Source: Candidatus Bathyarchaeota archaeon
GTDB taxonomy: Archaea; Thermoproteota; Bathyarchaeia; Bathyarchaeales; Bathycorpusculaceae
Assembly: GCA_963811105.1 (NCBI GenBank)
Contig: CAWEPZ010000006.1
Location: 1 to 56,386, forward strand
Length of the DNA: 56,386 nucleotides
Direction of reading: 5' to 3'
In this document: positions 31,165-42,460 of the stretch, piece by piece
Layout: each line of letters opens with the position of its first letter
Position numbering within the stretch: position 1 is the stretch's first letter
Translations under genes and position numbers: made by a program
The notes under the pieces: model-generated
The model's input: only the letters and a program-made list of their open reading frames with translations
Told to the model about the DNA's origin: nothing
Databases searched by the model: none

Positions 31165-31472
31165 ACCTAACGTTTCTTTTCCTTTTTTTAGTAAAAACTA
31201 AAATGGGCACTGTCCAGGTTAAAGGGGAACTTCAACTCTTTTCAGAAGTTGTGAAAAGCTTCAAATTAGTAAAGAAATGCACCTATCCGCAAAGATCTTG
31301 CTCTTTTTGTATTTTTTTAAATAGTTTCAATTCTTAAAATCATTTTTACTTACCTCTCCACTTTTTGGCGGGGCAGTTGTTCGTTTGATTTATATGAAAT
31401 TTGGGCTGATACTTGTGTCCCAAGAGACCAACTACTAAAGGTAATTCGGTTTGCTTGGAGGCTTAGCGGGTT

Positions 31473-31601
31473 ATGAGTAAAACTGTTGAATCTTTCAGGA
31501 TTGCTTTGGAGGGAGAGATTAATCGGTGGAGCAGCTTCGCTAAGGCCTTGCGCAAGTCTGAATCTTGCTTCACTTTCACAGCAGTCTCCACTGTTCGATA
31601 A
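31473..31601 (+). pseudogene. truncated small protein of the type encoded beside archaeal PolB2
   Basis: MSKTVESFRIALEGEINRWSSFAKALRKSE, then unrelated sequence. Confidence 0.55.
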
Positions 31602-31703
31602 AGCCGTTTAGGGTTACCATTTAAAAACTCAAAAATGCCTTTTGCTATTCCTCAACTTTGGGAGAAAGTTGTCAGGTAAAGATTGAACCTCGGAAGGATT
31701 TGA

Positions 31704-32915
31704 ATGATGTCAGTTAGCAGTCCATGCAAAATTAGAGGCTGGATACTTGATGCCTACCCTTCAAACGAAGGCGAAATCACAATCTGGATCATCAGCGAAT
31801 CCGGACAAAGAATACGCATAACCGACAACTTCCACCCCAAAATCTACGTTTCATCAAAACAAGACAACATCGAACCCCTAATTGGCAAACTCTATAACAA
31901 CCCAGATGTCATAAAATGGGATTTCGCCTACAAGTTTGCGCGACCCACAGATTCACAGAAATCCAAAGTCTTAGAGCTTGCGCTCAGAGACTGCAGAAGA
32001 ACCCAGACCCTAACAAACAATATACTAAGGCTGGGCGATTACATTCGCTATCAAGTTTCCAACTGCGATTTGAAAGGAGATCGTGCCTATTTTTTCAGTC
32101 ACGACATCTTTCCCCTCGCCCTATTAGAAGTAAAAGTTGCAAAGACAGGCCTCCAATATACTCTGCGTGACTCAGTTTCGAGCACTGATTATTCGATTCC
32201 TCCATTGCGAGTTATGAAGTTGGATGTTAAAATTGCTAAGAAAAGTAAAATTGCAGACTTTAGCGATCCCATTGGCATAATTGAGTTAAGTCAAGATGAA
32301 GAAGAAATACAAATAGGCTCAGCAGACGAGGCTGAAAATCTACTTCAACTCGTAAAAACAGTCAAAGAACTTGATCCAGACTTCCTGGTGACATCGGGAG
32401 GAGACTCGCACCTTTTTCCCTACCTGACAGAGCGAGCAACTATAAACAACGTAATTGACAAATTCACTTTAAGCAGAGATGGTGTTGTGAAGAAGTATCG
32501 TCAGAAATTATTGGATGGCGAAGTTCCAATCGGAGACTTGATCATATCTAAGCGTATGTCAAGAAAGCCAGAGCGGTACCGTCAACACGTCAGCCAGGTT
32601 ATTGCAGCAGAACAGTTGATTAAGGAGGGTGCAGAAGTCCACGCCGGAACCAGCATAAAGTTCCTATTCACACATTCCAAAGACAAACGGCATGAACGGC
32701 GAGTTAAAGCAGCTCAACTCATCGACGAAGAAATAAACCCCGACTGCAAGAAATACCTTTTTTTGCTCTATTCTTCAGCCGCTAACTTGCTCAGCTTTGC
32801 AGGCTACACAATTAAATCAATCTGCGAAACAGTCACGGGACATGACCAAAAAAACCTCGCGGATTACTGGAAAAAAGGAGACGAAATGCAGCCCTCCAAT
32901 TCATCAAAAAAATAA
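31704..32915 (+). pseudogene. family B DNA polymerase (PolB2-like) with an in-frame deletion of palm and fingers
   Basis: N-terminal GWILDAYP and DPDFLVTSGGDSHLFPYL are joined at LSRD/GVVKK to the thumb region LIISKRMSR..Y; polymerase motifs A and C are absent. Confidence 0.75.
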
Positions 32916-32945
32916 AAAAATAGGGTTGATTGTGGTTTTGCCGTT

Positions 32946-35485
32946 TTATTTTTTCCTAAACAGAAGCAAACCGACTATGGCTATGGCAATGATTATGACG
33001 ATTGTTGCAACGGCTAAGTAGGTCATTAGGTCTGATGTGGTTGTAAGGCTTGAGGGTGCAGAGGTCGGTGTTACTGTTGGTGCAACGTAGCAGTAAAGGC
33101 TGCCTCAGCATAAGATCCATAGTATGATTGTGAACCTGCAAACGAAGCAATGACAGTGTATTTGCCTGGGTTGTCGGGAGTCCATTGGAAGCTAAACATG
33201 CCGCGCATCATTGAAGTATTGCCGATTTGCCTGTAGTTGCCGTTAGAGTCAAGGACGGTTATGGTAACTGGAACCCCGGTTGCGTTGTTTGGAATTGGCT
33301 GCTGCTGGTAAACGTGCTGCATCCACTGGCTCATGCTATCGTCAGAAACGCATGGTAAGCCGTTGGGGAAATTTGCTGCTACTGCTTGTTGCTGTGAACC
33401 TGCAGAGATGTCCGTGACTGTTCCGCTTATCGTTATTGGTGTAGAGGTTGTGACGCCAACACTTGGTGCATTAACGGTAGTTTTGCTCGGTCCCATGCCA
33501 AAAGCGTATATTTGCCCATCCACCAGGTTTGGTGCTACGAGAATGCCTCCTGCAATACTCACTTGCTTGTATTGTCCTTTTACCTGCCAAATTAGCTGAC
33601 CGTTGCTTGCGTTGATAGCATACATAGCTTCTCCTCGGAATAAGGGTGATTGCTCACTGTGCTCATGATTCTCAACCAAGAGCATTCCGTCAGCAACAAC
33701 CATGGCGCCGTATAATGGGTATTGACCAGCAGGCACTTCTAAGCCACTAGGGTTCACCGAAGCATCGTAGAAACTCCACACCGTTTTTCCAGTTTGTTGG
33801 TCGTAAGCATATACCATTCCATCGTCGGCTTCTTGGTAAACGTTGCCGTAGGCAACCACAATACCAAAGCCGAAAGCGCCCAACGGATTCGGTCGCGGTT
33901 CACTCACCCACATTTGGTTCCCTGTTGTGACGTCAAAAGCGTATAGTTGCCTTGTTTCTTTTCTGTAAATCGTGTAGAGGTTATTGCCCACTGACCTACT
34001 GTTGTAAAGAAAACCTTCCCAAGTGCTTCCATCAGTATTTCTAACCTTATCCCAAAGTACATGTCCGTCAACCATACTGTAGGCTATGTCTTCGAACGTG
34101 CCAGAAACAAGCGGATTCCCGTTAGTCTGGTTGCTGATGATAATCGCGGTTAGACTTTTGGGATCCCAAGTGCAATCCCCATTAGTACTGCCCTCGTTAG
34201 GGCATGCGAGTACTGTCACGTTCCATTGTATTCCGTTTTTCCAAGGAATGTTTAACTGTTGCGTTTGAGTGTATGTTGCGGTTAAGCCGCACTTGGTAGA
34301 GTTCCATAAGGCTAAATACCCTGCAGTGGAATTTCGCGCCGTGAAGTAGTAGGCTAAAATTTCTCCTGATGGACCATAAGTTACTCCATTGTTAGCATTG
34401 CCTGTTGAGATGGCAGTTGCGTTTACAATTGTATTTAGCAGGTTTCCTGAGTATGCATCAAACCTTGCCCAAGTAGTACCGCTAGCGGCCCACAAGTAGG
34501 CTTGGGCTCCGTTTTGGTTCTCATCGTTCTGTATGAGTATTTGACCTAAGGTTAACTGTGCTGCGGTGCCCTGTACGATCGTGCCGGTTCCGCTATTGAA
34601 AGTCTGATTCCGGAACCATATTTCCTGCCCATTGTATAAGTCTACGCAGTAAAAGCCGTATGCCGGCGGGTCAACTTGGTTGTAGTAGAGTCTTCCGTTA
34701 ATGATTATAGGCGGAGTTACTTCTTCTCTGTAACTGGATCCTGTATAGTAGGTTTCGATACCGCTTGACGATTTTGTAAGTCCCGTATCAGTAAATGTAT
34801 TGTATGAAGCGACTCCACCGAACGTCCAAGGTTCTGTCCACAGTATGTGAGCACTTGTTGGAACTGTGGTATATGGGTCAAAAACGCCGCTAACTGCGGA
34901 TGAGTACTTTCGTTGTGTGTCGTAGCCGGCCATTAACCAGTTGCTTGAAATATTGTACCATTGTGCATTATCACCGTATACTGGATACTGCCAGTACGTG
35001 GTTGGAAGCGCGTTTGTCGGAGGGAAGGATAAGTATGTTGTTGTGTCAACAGTAAGGTTAGCGTACGTCGAGTAGGCTGGTGGAACATTGTAAGTCGTCA
35101 CCCCATAAGGCGGCTTGGCAGGATAAGTTACGTTCCCTCCAGGGTAGTATACTTGGAAAAGCCATGTTCCTACAGCGTCAGGGGTAAAGCTTATCCCTGT
35201 ACCTCCAGTTGAGTCAGACGAGAACGGTCCCAAGGTTTTGTTTACACCGCTGGGGCTTGTAATTGTCAACATCCAGCCCATATAGTAATTTGGATCACTC
35301 GTAGGCATTGTAAATCCCCATCCAACGTTCACCCTCTGACCGATGCCTATAGGGTTTGGGTCAACGTAGATGTAGGTATAATATGTATTAGCAGCTTTTG
35401 TTGTATTAATGAAAGGAAAGAAAGGTAATCCAATAGTTAGTATCAGAAGCAATAGAATCGCTGATGTCTTTATTGTTTTTTTCAT
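32946..35485 (-). CDS. PQQ-like beta-propeller surface protein (frameshift near 33085, before the TM anchor)
   Basis: Signal peptide MKKTIK, PNPIGIGQ, HILWT, repeated D..TG..W, EHS..PLFRG and C-terminal IIIAIAIVGLLLFRKK. Confidence 0.85.
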
Positions 35486-35946
35486 TTTTCTTCTCTCTAA
35501 TTTTATTTTTGTTTGAACTAAAGTGTAAAACTTATCGCTCAACAATGGCTCATATGTCATGGTTTTAGTTATAAAACTATGTTGTGAAACTCGTGGAAGC
35601 CGTAGCTGGTGAAGGATAAATCAATGCATCACCAAAGAACAGTGCAATAGTTAAGTCACAAAGCAAGATTGGGCTAAGTGGTTCTTTTGCTTCAAACCTT
35701 TGGGGGATTGCATACATTACAACCTAGGAGTTTGAGTGTTTGCCATCTAAGAACCCACTTACAAGGCTGGCAGAAATTTCCTCTAGAAAACCTACTAACA
35801 AAAATGACAAAAAGGGTATAACATCGGAGATTAATACTTTAAAATTTCTTAGAGATAACAAAGATCAAAACTTATCTTTCTATGATGAGTGCTTTTATTA
35901 ATTAAAAAAACATGAATCCTCGAAAGCTCAGTGGTTAGCCAAGATT

Positions 35947-36354
35947 TTAGATCTCTGGGAGGTTCCAGCCTTCTTTTCTTTTTCTTGTTATTATTTCTTG
36001 TATGGCGGGTACTGTTAATGCGAAGTTTATGTGTTCACAAGTGTTGCTTTTGTCGATATCACAGAATATTCCTTGGGGTTTGATGTAAATTTCTGCTATC
36101 ATGCCGATTTTTCGATCGGTTATTCTTACACCAGTATCGTTAATGTTGAAGTGCTCATACTGCGGGAGTATTTTTATCTTGTTTATTTCTTCCATTCTGA
36201 TTCTGGCTGCTTCGTGAATGAAGTCTGAAATGCTCTTGTATTGCGGGTTGTTGTCGATAAATACTTCTATTTGTTTGATTAATTCTTTTTTTAAGCTGAC
36301 TCCTTTGTAGTCTGAGTCTTTTTTTGGTAAGTTAATCCCCTTTGTTTGCTTCAA
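35947..36354 (-). CDS. ribbon-helix-helix regulator with C-terminal C..C.H domain
   Basis: YKGVSLKKELIKQIE...YKSISDFIHEAAR; FCDID...CEHINF. Confidence 0.8.
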   Translation of the reverse strand: MKQTKGINLPKKDSDYKGVSLKKELIKQIEVFIDNNPQYKSISDFIHEAARIRMEEINKIKILPQYEHFNINDTGVRITDRKIGMIAEIYIKPQGIFCDIDKSNTCEHINFALTVPAIQEIITRKRKEGWNLPEI

Positions 36355-36362
36355 TGTTTTGA

Positions 36363-36513
36363 TGTGGCATAGATGCCATATAATATATATGGCTTTGTGT
36401 TAATAAAGAAGCTTTATTTTTTTTACTCAATGGGGTTTTTATCCCTTAAAGGTGCCACAAATATTATTAATTAAGTCTCAGCATAGTTGGGTTTATGTAG
36501 CATAGGTACCATC
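36363..36513. promoter_or_regulatory. candidate operators between the divergent RHH genes
   Basis: TGTGGCATAGATGCCATA (36363-36380), half-site AGGTGCCACA (36450-36459) and TGTAGCATAGGTACCATC (36496-36513). Confidence 0.55.
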
Positions 36514-36530
36514 GAAAGAAGGAAGATTAA

Positions 36531-36713
36531 TTGCCAGGTAAGAATCAAAACTTCAAAGGCGTAAGTCTAAACAAAAATCTATACATCAAAGTTACACATT
36601 TCGTGCAAGACAATCAAGAATACAGAAGCGTCGCCGATTTCCTAAGTGAAGCCGCCAGAATGCGAATGGAGCAACTAGAAGCCCAAAAAGCTGCAAAATG
36701 CCGGGTGAAATAA
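36531..36713 (+). CDS. small ribbon-helix-helix protein
   Basis: FKGVSLNKNLY...YRSVADFLSEAARMR, paralogous to 35947-36354. Confidence 0.78.
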   Translation: MPGKNQNFKGVSLNKNLYIKVTHFVQDNQEYRSVADFLSEAARMRMEQLEAQKAAKCRVK

Positions 36714-36767
36714 TCCTTGCCAAACGCTGCTTGGTACCGAGGCTACCGAACCGGAGGTTAAGACGCC

Positions 36768-36974
36768 ATGAGTACACCAAAAATATCTTTGATTTATCCT
36801 GCCGAAGTTGACTTAATCGGCCTAGATGGCAAGCGTAAGAAAATGATGATCTACTTTGACAGCCCAGCTGACCGAGCCGAATATATTACCCTTATAAATA
36901 ATGCAATTGAAGCTTTTGAGAAGCTAAACAATAAGCTCACCTTTCTGGGGCCTAAGGTTGATGGTTTTTCTTGA
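36768..36974 (+). CDS. hypothetical protein
   Basis: GGAGG RBS, 68-aa ORF. Confidence 0.65.
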   Translation: MSTPKISLIYPAEVDLIGLDGKRKKMMIYFDSPADRAEYITLINNAIEAFEKLNNKLTFLGPKVDGFS

Positions 36975-37204
36975 CTATCTGAAGGCTCAAGGGTACCTTC
37001 AGCTGCAAGATCCAGTCTGGGGTCGATGCCTAGTTCATTCCCAGAGAAGAATTTACAGACAAAATGGCGATGTGCCTAAGAATCGAAGGCATAAGATACC
37101 ATTTCACCTTGCTAGATAATTATGGCGCCGTCTTCGTTGAACTAAGAATCGCCTTCCGTACCTGAACATACAATACAATTAGCGGTCTTGGAGGTTAATT
37201 ATTA

Positions 37205-38644
37205 GTGGTTGAAGGGGAGCGAACAGGCGACCTTGCCAACATTACGTCTCTTAGCATGTTTGGCAATAAGCCGGGAAACAATATCACTGGCAAGTCGGTT
37301 GCAGTTCTACCCGCCGGCACCGCCTCGCAAATCCCCAACTGCCGCCAAAGACCTATCTGCCCCAAATGCGGCGAGAAAAAAGTTTGGCGTGATAGCCATC
37401 GAACAAACTTATTTGGTCCAACTATTCAACGATGGCTTTGCAGTTCCTGCTTTTTTAGATTCAGCGATCCAGTGGACCTGGCGGAGAGCAAAAAAGCCCA
37501 AAAAGAAGCTGAAAAAATGGAATCGATGGGCTTAAAAAGCGCAGAGCCTATACAATTTAATTGCCAAATATGCGTCCAGGAGACGAAAAATTTGACTTCG
37601 GACTCTAAAACAGTAGATCCGAAATTTGTCGACTTTACGATTGGAACTAAGCTACAAAAACCCGCAGATATCAACGCCGTAGATATCAAAACCCTCAGAG
37701 GTGCAGTCGTTAACTTCCTATTTTACCTGCAGCAACAAGAAAGAGCAGAAACAACACGAGAACAGTACGGTTGGAACCTAGACTTCTTAGTTACCCACGG
37801 AGCAAATCTCTTTGATCCCCTAAGCGTTAAAGATGTCTTAGTTAACAAGCTCAAAGACGAGATAACTCAGAAAGACAAAACAAACGTAAGAAAATACACT
37901 CTTCTTAAAGCCTACAGAGCATTTGCAACTGCCTACGAAATCGACATTACACCAGCTAAAATTCCCAAATATAAACCAAATAGAAAAATTCCCTATCTTC
38001 CGCCTGAACCACACATGGATCAACTAATAGCTGCCTGCAGTTACGAGATGGCCGCTTTTCTCCAAACACTCAAAGAAACAGCAGCACGCCCAGTTGAAGC
38101 AATGAGAATACTCTGGAAAGAAATCGACTTTATACAAGCACACATCCCCATCAACCATCCTGCAAAAGGCTGTAACGCTCGAGTACTAAGGATGTCTGAA
38201 AAACTCATTAACATGCTAAAAAATCTGCCACACATCACAGAAAAAGTCTTCATCTACAAAAACGAGAGAGCTGCCGGGAAAGCCTTTCGAGTCATGCGAC
38301 AACACGCGATCATAAAAACGGGCATAAAAGAACTTCGAAAAATCAGCTTCTACACATTCAGATATTGGCGAGCGACCGTTGAATTCCAAGAAACCCAAAA
38401 AGAAGTACCAACAATGATCCTTCTAGGCCACAAAAGCACCCATTACCTCTGGCTCTACGTTCAACTTTCACACATTTACTTCAGCGGAACCCCAAAATAC
38501 AGTAGCATCTGGGTTACTGATCGCGAACAAGAAACCAAACTCAGCGACGAAGGCTACACATTCATAAGAACAGATCCAAAAGACGGAGCAAGCCTCTACC
38601 GAAAAACGCTTCATTGCGGAGCTCAACTGATTGGACACGATTAA
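37205..38644 (+). CDS. tyrosine recombinase/integrase with N-terminal Zn ribbon
   Basis: CPKC..CSSC; ETAARPVE (R), PAKG (K), YTFRYWRAT (YxxR), LLGHKS and LYVQL (Y); adjacent to a tRNA. Confidence 0.85.
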   Translation: MVEGERTGDLANITSLSMFGNKPGNNITGKSVAVLPAGTASQIPNCRQRPICPKCGEKKVWRDSHRTNLFGPTIQRWLCSSCFFRFSDPVDLAESKKAQKEAEKMESMGLKSAEPIQFNCQICVQETKNLTSDSKTVDPKFVDFTIGTKLQKPADINAVDIKTLRGAVVNFLFYLQQQERAETTREQYGWNLDFLVTHGANLFDPLSVKDVLVNKLKDEITQKDKTNVRKYTLLKAYRAFATAYEIDITPAKIPKYKPNRKIPYLPPEPHMDQLIAACSYEMAAFLQTLKETAARPVEAMRILWKEIDFIQAHIPINHPAKGCNARVLRMSEKLINMLKNLPHITEKVFIYKNERAAGKAFRVMRQHAIIKTGIKELRKISFYTFRYWRATVEFQETQKEVPTMILLGHKSTHYLWLYVQLSHIYFSGTPKYSSIWVTDREQETKLSDEGYTFIRTDPKDGASLYRKTLHCGAQLIGHD

Positions 38645-38665
38645 CATGACCGAAAAGCAGAAAAG

Positions 38666-38734
38666 TATCGCCACAAACTATCGCCACAGCAAAGTTGGCT
38701 TAAGCAATCTGAAGGCGAATTCAACATCGCCACA
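38666..38734 (+). repeat. three ATCGCCACA direct repeats (candidate integrase arm sites)
   Basis: Copies at 38667-38675, 38680-38688 and 38726-38734. Confidence 0.6.
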
Positions 38735-38763
38735 GGTGCTAGTCCAACCAAAATCATGGAAAA

Positions 38764-38837
38764 GCGGCCATAGTCTAGCTTGGTTAGGACATCAGGTTCC
38801 CAACCTGACAACCCGGGTTCAAATCCCGGTGACCGCA
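38764..38837 (+). tRNA. tRNA-Gly(CCC)
   Basis: Cloverleaf with acceptor GCGGCCA/TGACCGC (one C:A mismatch), anticodon arm TCAGG-TTCCCAA-CCTGA and T arm CCGGG-TTCAAAT-CCCGG; CCA not encoded. Confidence 0.93.
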
Positions 38838-39060
38838 CTGAATAATCAATGAAACTTAGCTCAATGGGTTTCAAGCTTGCCAGTTTTCGTCTTAGGCGGA
38901 ACTCGTCTCCTATGCCAACTATGATTTGCGCAGTATTGAGCTTAAGACATCCCATTTTCAAATAATTAGTAAATGAGTTGCAAGCAATAAACAGAGAGAG
39001 AATATGATAAGAGTTTTATAGTCGAGCTTATCCTATTTTCAAGGACGGCTTTAACTCAAG

Positions 39061-39249
39061 TTGAAATGCCCCTATTTGAACAAAAGATATGTTTGCACTG
39101 CTTCGTCAAGGGAAGAAACTCAGGAAAGACCTGATGAAGATTTCTTGGAAGGTTTCTGTCTTAATGAAGAAGAAATTCGAACTTGCCCAAGATTACAAAT
39201 CTATTTTAAATCGCCAAACTCCGGAAACTCACATGCCAATATTCAGTAA
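39061..39249 (+). CDS. small Cys-containing hypothetical protein
   Basis: MKCPYL..C...FC..CPRL. Confidence 0.55.
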   Translation: MKCPYLNKRYVCTASSREETQERPDEDFLEGFCLNEEEIRTCPRLQIYFKSPNSGNSHANIQ

Positions 39250-39482
39250 GTTTTCAATACAAATACGAATAGTGACACAAATACTAATACAAACACGAAT
39301 AATTCAATTTTTATTCAAAGGGTTGAAAAAGACTTCGCAAAAGTCTGCAAAATGGTAGAATTGGAAGAAGAAGGACTGCCAATGGAAGAAAAGGGATATT
39401 CTTTTAGGAAGCAGAATCAAATAACAAAATTAAGTGACTTGAAATCAAAAAATAAAAAAAAAGAGACTGTTGTTTTGGTCGG

Positions 39483-42206
39483 CTAATGTTTTCTTAGAAT
39501 TAGTGCTCCAACGATTGCAATTGCGATGATTATTGCAATTACTCCGCCAATTATGTACATTGCCAATTCTGTTGAGGTTGCTGCGTTTGAAGCTACGGCG
39601 GTTGCTGTCGGAGTTGGTGATGCGGAAGGTGCAGTGTATACTGCACTAGCTCCTGCAAATGAGCTGCTGTAGGAATCAGTTCCTGGAAAAACGGCTTGTA
39701 TAGACCATAAACCATCTCTTGGAGGCGTCCATGCGTATCTGAAACCTCCTAAGTCACTTGTAGTTGTGCCTACGGTTACTGTGGTTCCGCTTTGATCTGT
39801 AGCGTAGAGTTGCACTGGGACTCCTGTTACGGTATATCCGTTTGGAATTGGTATTTGCATGTATAAGTAATCCATATATGTCTGCATAGATTGGTCAGAA
39901 ACACAAGGTATTACTGCTGGAAAGTCAGTTCTTGCCGTTGGGTTTGTGTACGTGCCCATGTCGCCTGGTGACTTATCGACTACGTTACCTTGAATCACTA
40001 CACTGTTACCCATTGTTGTGGCAGTGACTGTTGTTTCGCTTCTGCCTTTACCGAATATATACAAGTAGCCATCATAGAAGCTGTCAGCAAACAAGTATCC
40101 ATCTTGCACAGCGCCAGGTTGTCCCGGTGTTGTGGCGTTCCATAGTTCTTGGCCTGTTGTTGCGTTTATCGCGAAGAATCTCCATCCTCTAGCGACTGGG
40201 TTAATGGCTGAGTGTTCATTGTTGTAGGTATACAGTATTCCTCCGGCAACAGTTGCGCCTTCATCAAAGGGATTCTGTGCTGTGCCATTGTCATAGTAGT
40301 TGCTGTCGTACGGGTAAGCTCCTGGAGATAGGAAGTGCCAAGCTATTGAGCCGTTATTCCAGTAGTAAGCGTAGACACCGTCGTATGATTCCCAGTAGAA
40401 TAAGCCGTAAGCAGATTGTACAGCGTACGCTCCGAAAGCAGATGCTCCCCATGGATAGTCCATTATTTGCCCTTTCCACGCTTGTTGACCGTTATTGAGG
40501 TTCCAAGCTAGCCAGTATCCGTTTGACGATAATACTGCTATGATTCCTTGATCAGCGACCGCGCATGACCCACTGTAGAGATATTCATTCATAGCGGTTG
40601 TGTTCCAAAGTATGCTTCCTGTTGTTAGGCTGATGCCCATTACATTTATTCCAAGGTAGGTTCCGCCGCCCTGAACATTCACGACGTTAGCGACTACACC
40701 TGTGCTTAAATCCCAAGTAGTTGGCAAAGTGCTGATGGGCCAGGAAATGTTGCTTGCTACTCTAGTTGTTATATCCGTAGAGCTGCCTGCTATAGTCCAG
40801 TTAATTAATTTGTATTGGGTGCTTGGTCCACTACCAAGTGTTTGTACAGATAAACACCATTGGTTCATGTAGAATGTGCCTGTAGTTAGTGGGGCAATCG
40901 AAACGTTTGCTGTTACTCCGCCAGTGAAAGGATTGTATTTTATCAGTCGTCCGCTTGCGACAGATACAAGACTGACTGTTGTTGTTGCTTGAGCTCCGCC
41001 GCCGATAATTGCTGCTCCGCCATAGGCGTATTCAATGGCTGTTGGAGGCTGTGTTATTCCTGTTTGGTCCCAGTATATTTGTCCCGTACGAATATCGTAG
41101 CATTCCCAAACGCTTGTAGTTTCAATTACTTCTGAACCGTTAATTAACATGGGCATAGGTTTGCTGATGGTTTGGTACGCTCTGCCGTTGTAAACTATGG
41201 TTGGCAACCCTGCTGATGGAAGGGTTTGGATGCCGCCCGCGGTGCCTCCGAGGGATTGGGTTCCAGCTATTCCTCCGATTATTCCTGAGAAGACTCCTTG
41301 TCGACGCCAAACTATGTGTGCGCTTGTGGGTCCTTGAGTGTATGGTATGTAGGATTGGCGTGGACTGTAGTAGACGTTTGTGTTGGCTGGCCAGCTTGTG
41401 CCGCCTCCGGGACCGTACCATGGGTAGTCACCTAAAATTGTTGACCATTCTCTAAAGTTTGCTATGACTGGTCTTGTCCAGTAATCTGTCGGTAACGGTG
41501 CTAGTGGCCAAGAAGCAACCATATCTTGCTGTACTGTAAGTGTTTGCACTGGAGTTTGACTTGGCTGATAATAGACGGAACTAGTGTAGTTGATGGGGCC
41601 AGTGTATCCTAATGATTGTGTGCCAACTATGGGGATTGTAGTTGGTGCTGGTCCAAAAGCGGTTGCTGGATACAAAATTGCTAACAACGCTGGAGTGTAT
41701 AAGGATGCATTGTTTAATGTTTGTCCGACAAGGTATATTCCTGCTGGGAAATAGTTTCCTGCGAAAGTGAATTGCAGTTTCCATGCGCCAACGCTGTCGG
41801 GTGTAAAGCTAAACCAGTTTGTTCCGTCTGCGATGAAAGATGGTAGTGGACCGACCTTGAATACGGTTCCGTTTGGTGATGTAATGGTAATTGTGTAACC
41901 TGATTGTGCTCTCTGTGCACCGGGCGCTGGTGATGTCCATAAGTTAATTGTGATAGGTTGACCTACTCCGACTGGGCTGGGACCAATGCTCATGCGTGCA
42001 GTTGTTGGGACTGAATAAGCTGGGGTGGCTCCTGAAGGCAGAGGTCCGCCTGTTGGGGCTATTGGGTTTCCACCGTGTGGTATGCTGGCGGTTATGTCTA
42101 CTTCATCTTGAGCTTGAACTGGCGTTGCAATCAATACAATTGGCAGAATCATTAGAATGATAAAAATTGCAGATGCTATTCTTGACTTGGTTGCAATTGA
42201 ATTCAT
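39483..42206 (-). CDS. PQQ-like beta-propeller surface protein
   Basis: Signal peptide, PSPVGVGQ, LPTDYWTRPV, EHS..P..RGW, PCVSDQSM and a C-terminal TM; paralog of 32946-35485. Confidence 0.88.
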   Translation of the reverse strand: MNSIATKSRIASAIFIILMILPIVLIATPVQAQDEVDITASIPHGGNPIAPTGGPLPSGATPAYSVPTTARMSIGPSPVGVGQPITINLWTSPAPGAQRAQSGYTITITSPNGTVFKVGPLPSFIADGTNWFSFTPDSVGAWKLQFTFAGNYFPAGIYLVGQTLNNASLYTPALLAILYPATAFGPAPTTIPIVGTQSLGYTGPINYTSSVYYQPSQTPVQTLTVQQDMVASWPLAPLPTDYWTRPVIANFREWSTILGDYPWYGPGGGTSWPANTNVYYSPRQSYIPYTQGPTSAHIVWRRQGVFSGIIGGIAGTQSLGGTAGGIQTLPSAGLPTIVYNGRAYQTISKPMPMLINGSEVIETTSVWECYDIRTGQIYWDQTGITQPPTAIEYAYGGAAIIGGGAQATTTVSLVSVASGRLIKYNPFTGGVTANVSIAPLTTGTFYMNQWCLSVQTLGSGPSTQYKLINWTIAGSSTDITTRVASNISWPISTLPTTWDLSTGVVANVVNVQGGGTYLGINVMGISLTTGSILWNTTAMNEYLYSGSCAVADQGIIAVLSSNGYWLAWNLNNGQQAWKGQIMDYPWGASAFGAYAVQSAYGLFYWESYDGVYAYYWNNGSIAWHFLSPGAYPYDSNYYDNGTAQNPFDEGATVAGGILYTYNNEHSAINPVARGWRFFAINATTGQELWNATTPGQPGAVQDGYLFADSFYDGYLYIFGKGRSETTVTATTMGNSVVIQGNVVDKSPGDMGTYTNPTARTDFPAVIPCVSDQSMQTYMDYLYMQIPIPNGYTVTGVPVQLYATDQSGTTVTVGTTTSDLGGFRYAWTPPRDGLWSIQAVFPGTDSYSSSFAGASAVYTAPSASPTPTATAVASNAATSTELAMYIIGGVIAIIIAIAIVGALILRKH

Positions 42207-42460
42207 GCTTTTTTTCTCTCCTTATTTTTTCTAAAAGAAGCCTGTAAGAGTTAACTAGCTTTCGTGGCTATTTAAGTTAGTTATTTCGTTAATGTCCTTG
42301 TCAAAGGCAGTATTGTGGATTTAGGGTTACAATCATCGTACTATTGCAACTTGAAAACGATAGTTTTCTTTATCCCTTCAGCGCGAGCTAAAACAAAAAG
42401 AGAAAATAGGTACTTCAACAATTAATTGATTGGTGATTTATCATCTTATCAGCTTTCATC

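Noticed and set aside
38631-38961. ORFs 38631-38852 and 38641-38961
   Set aside because: They overlap the tRNA-Gly gene; spurious
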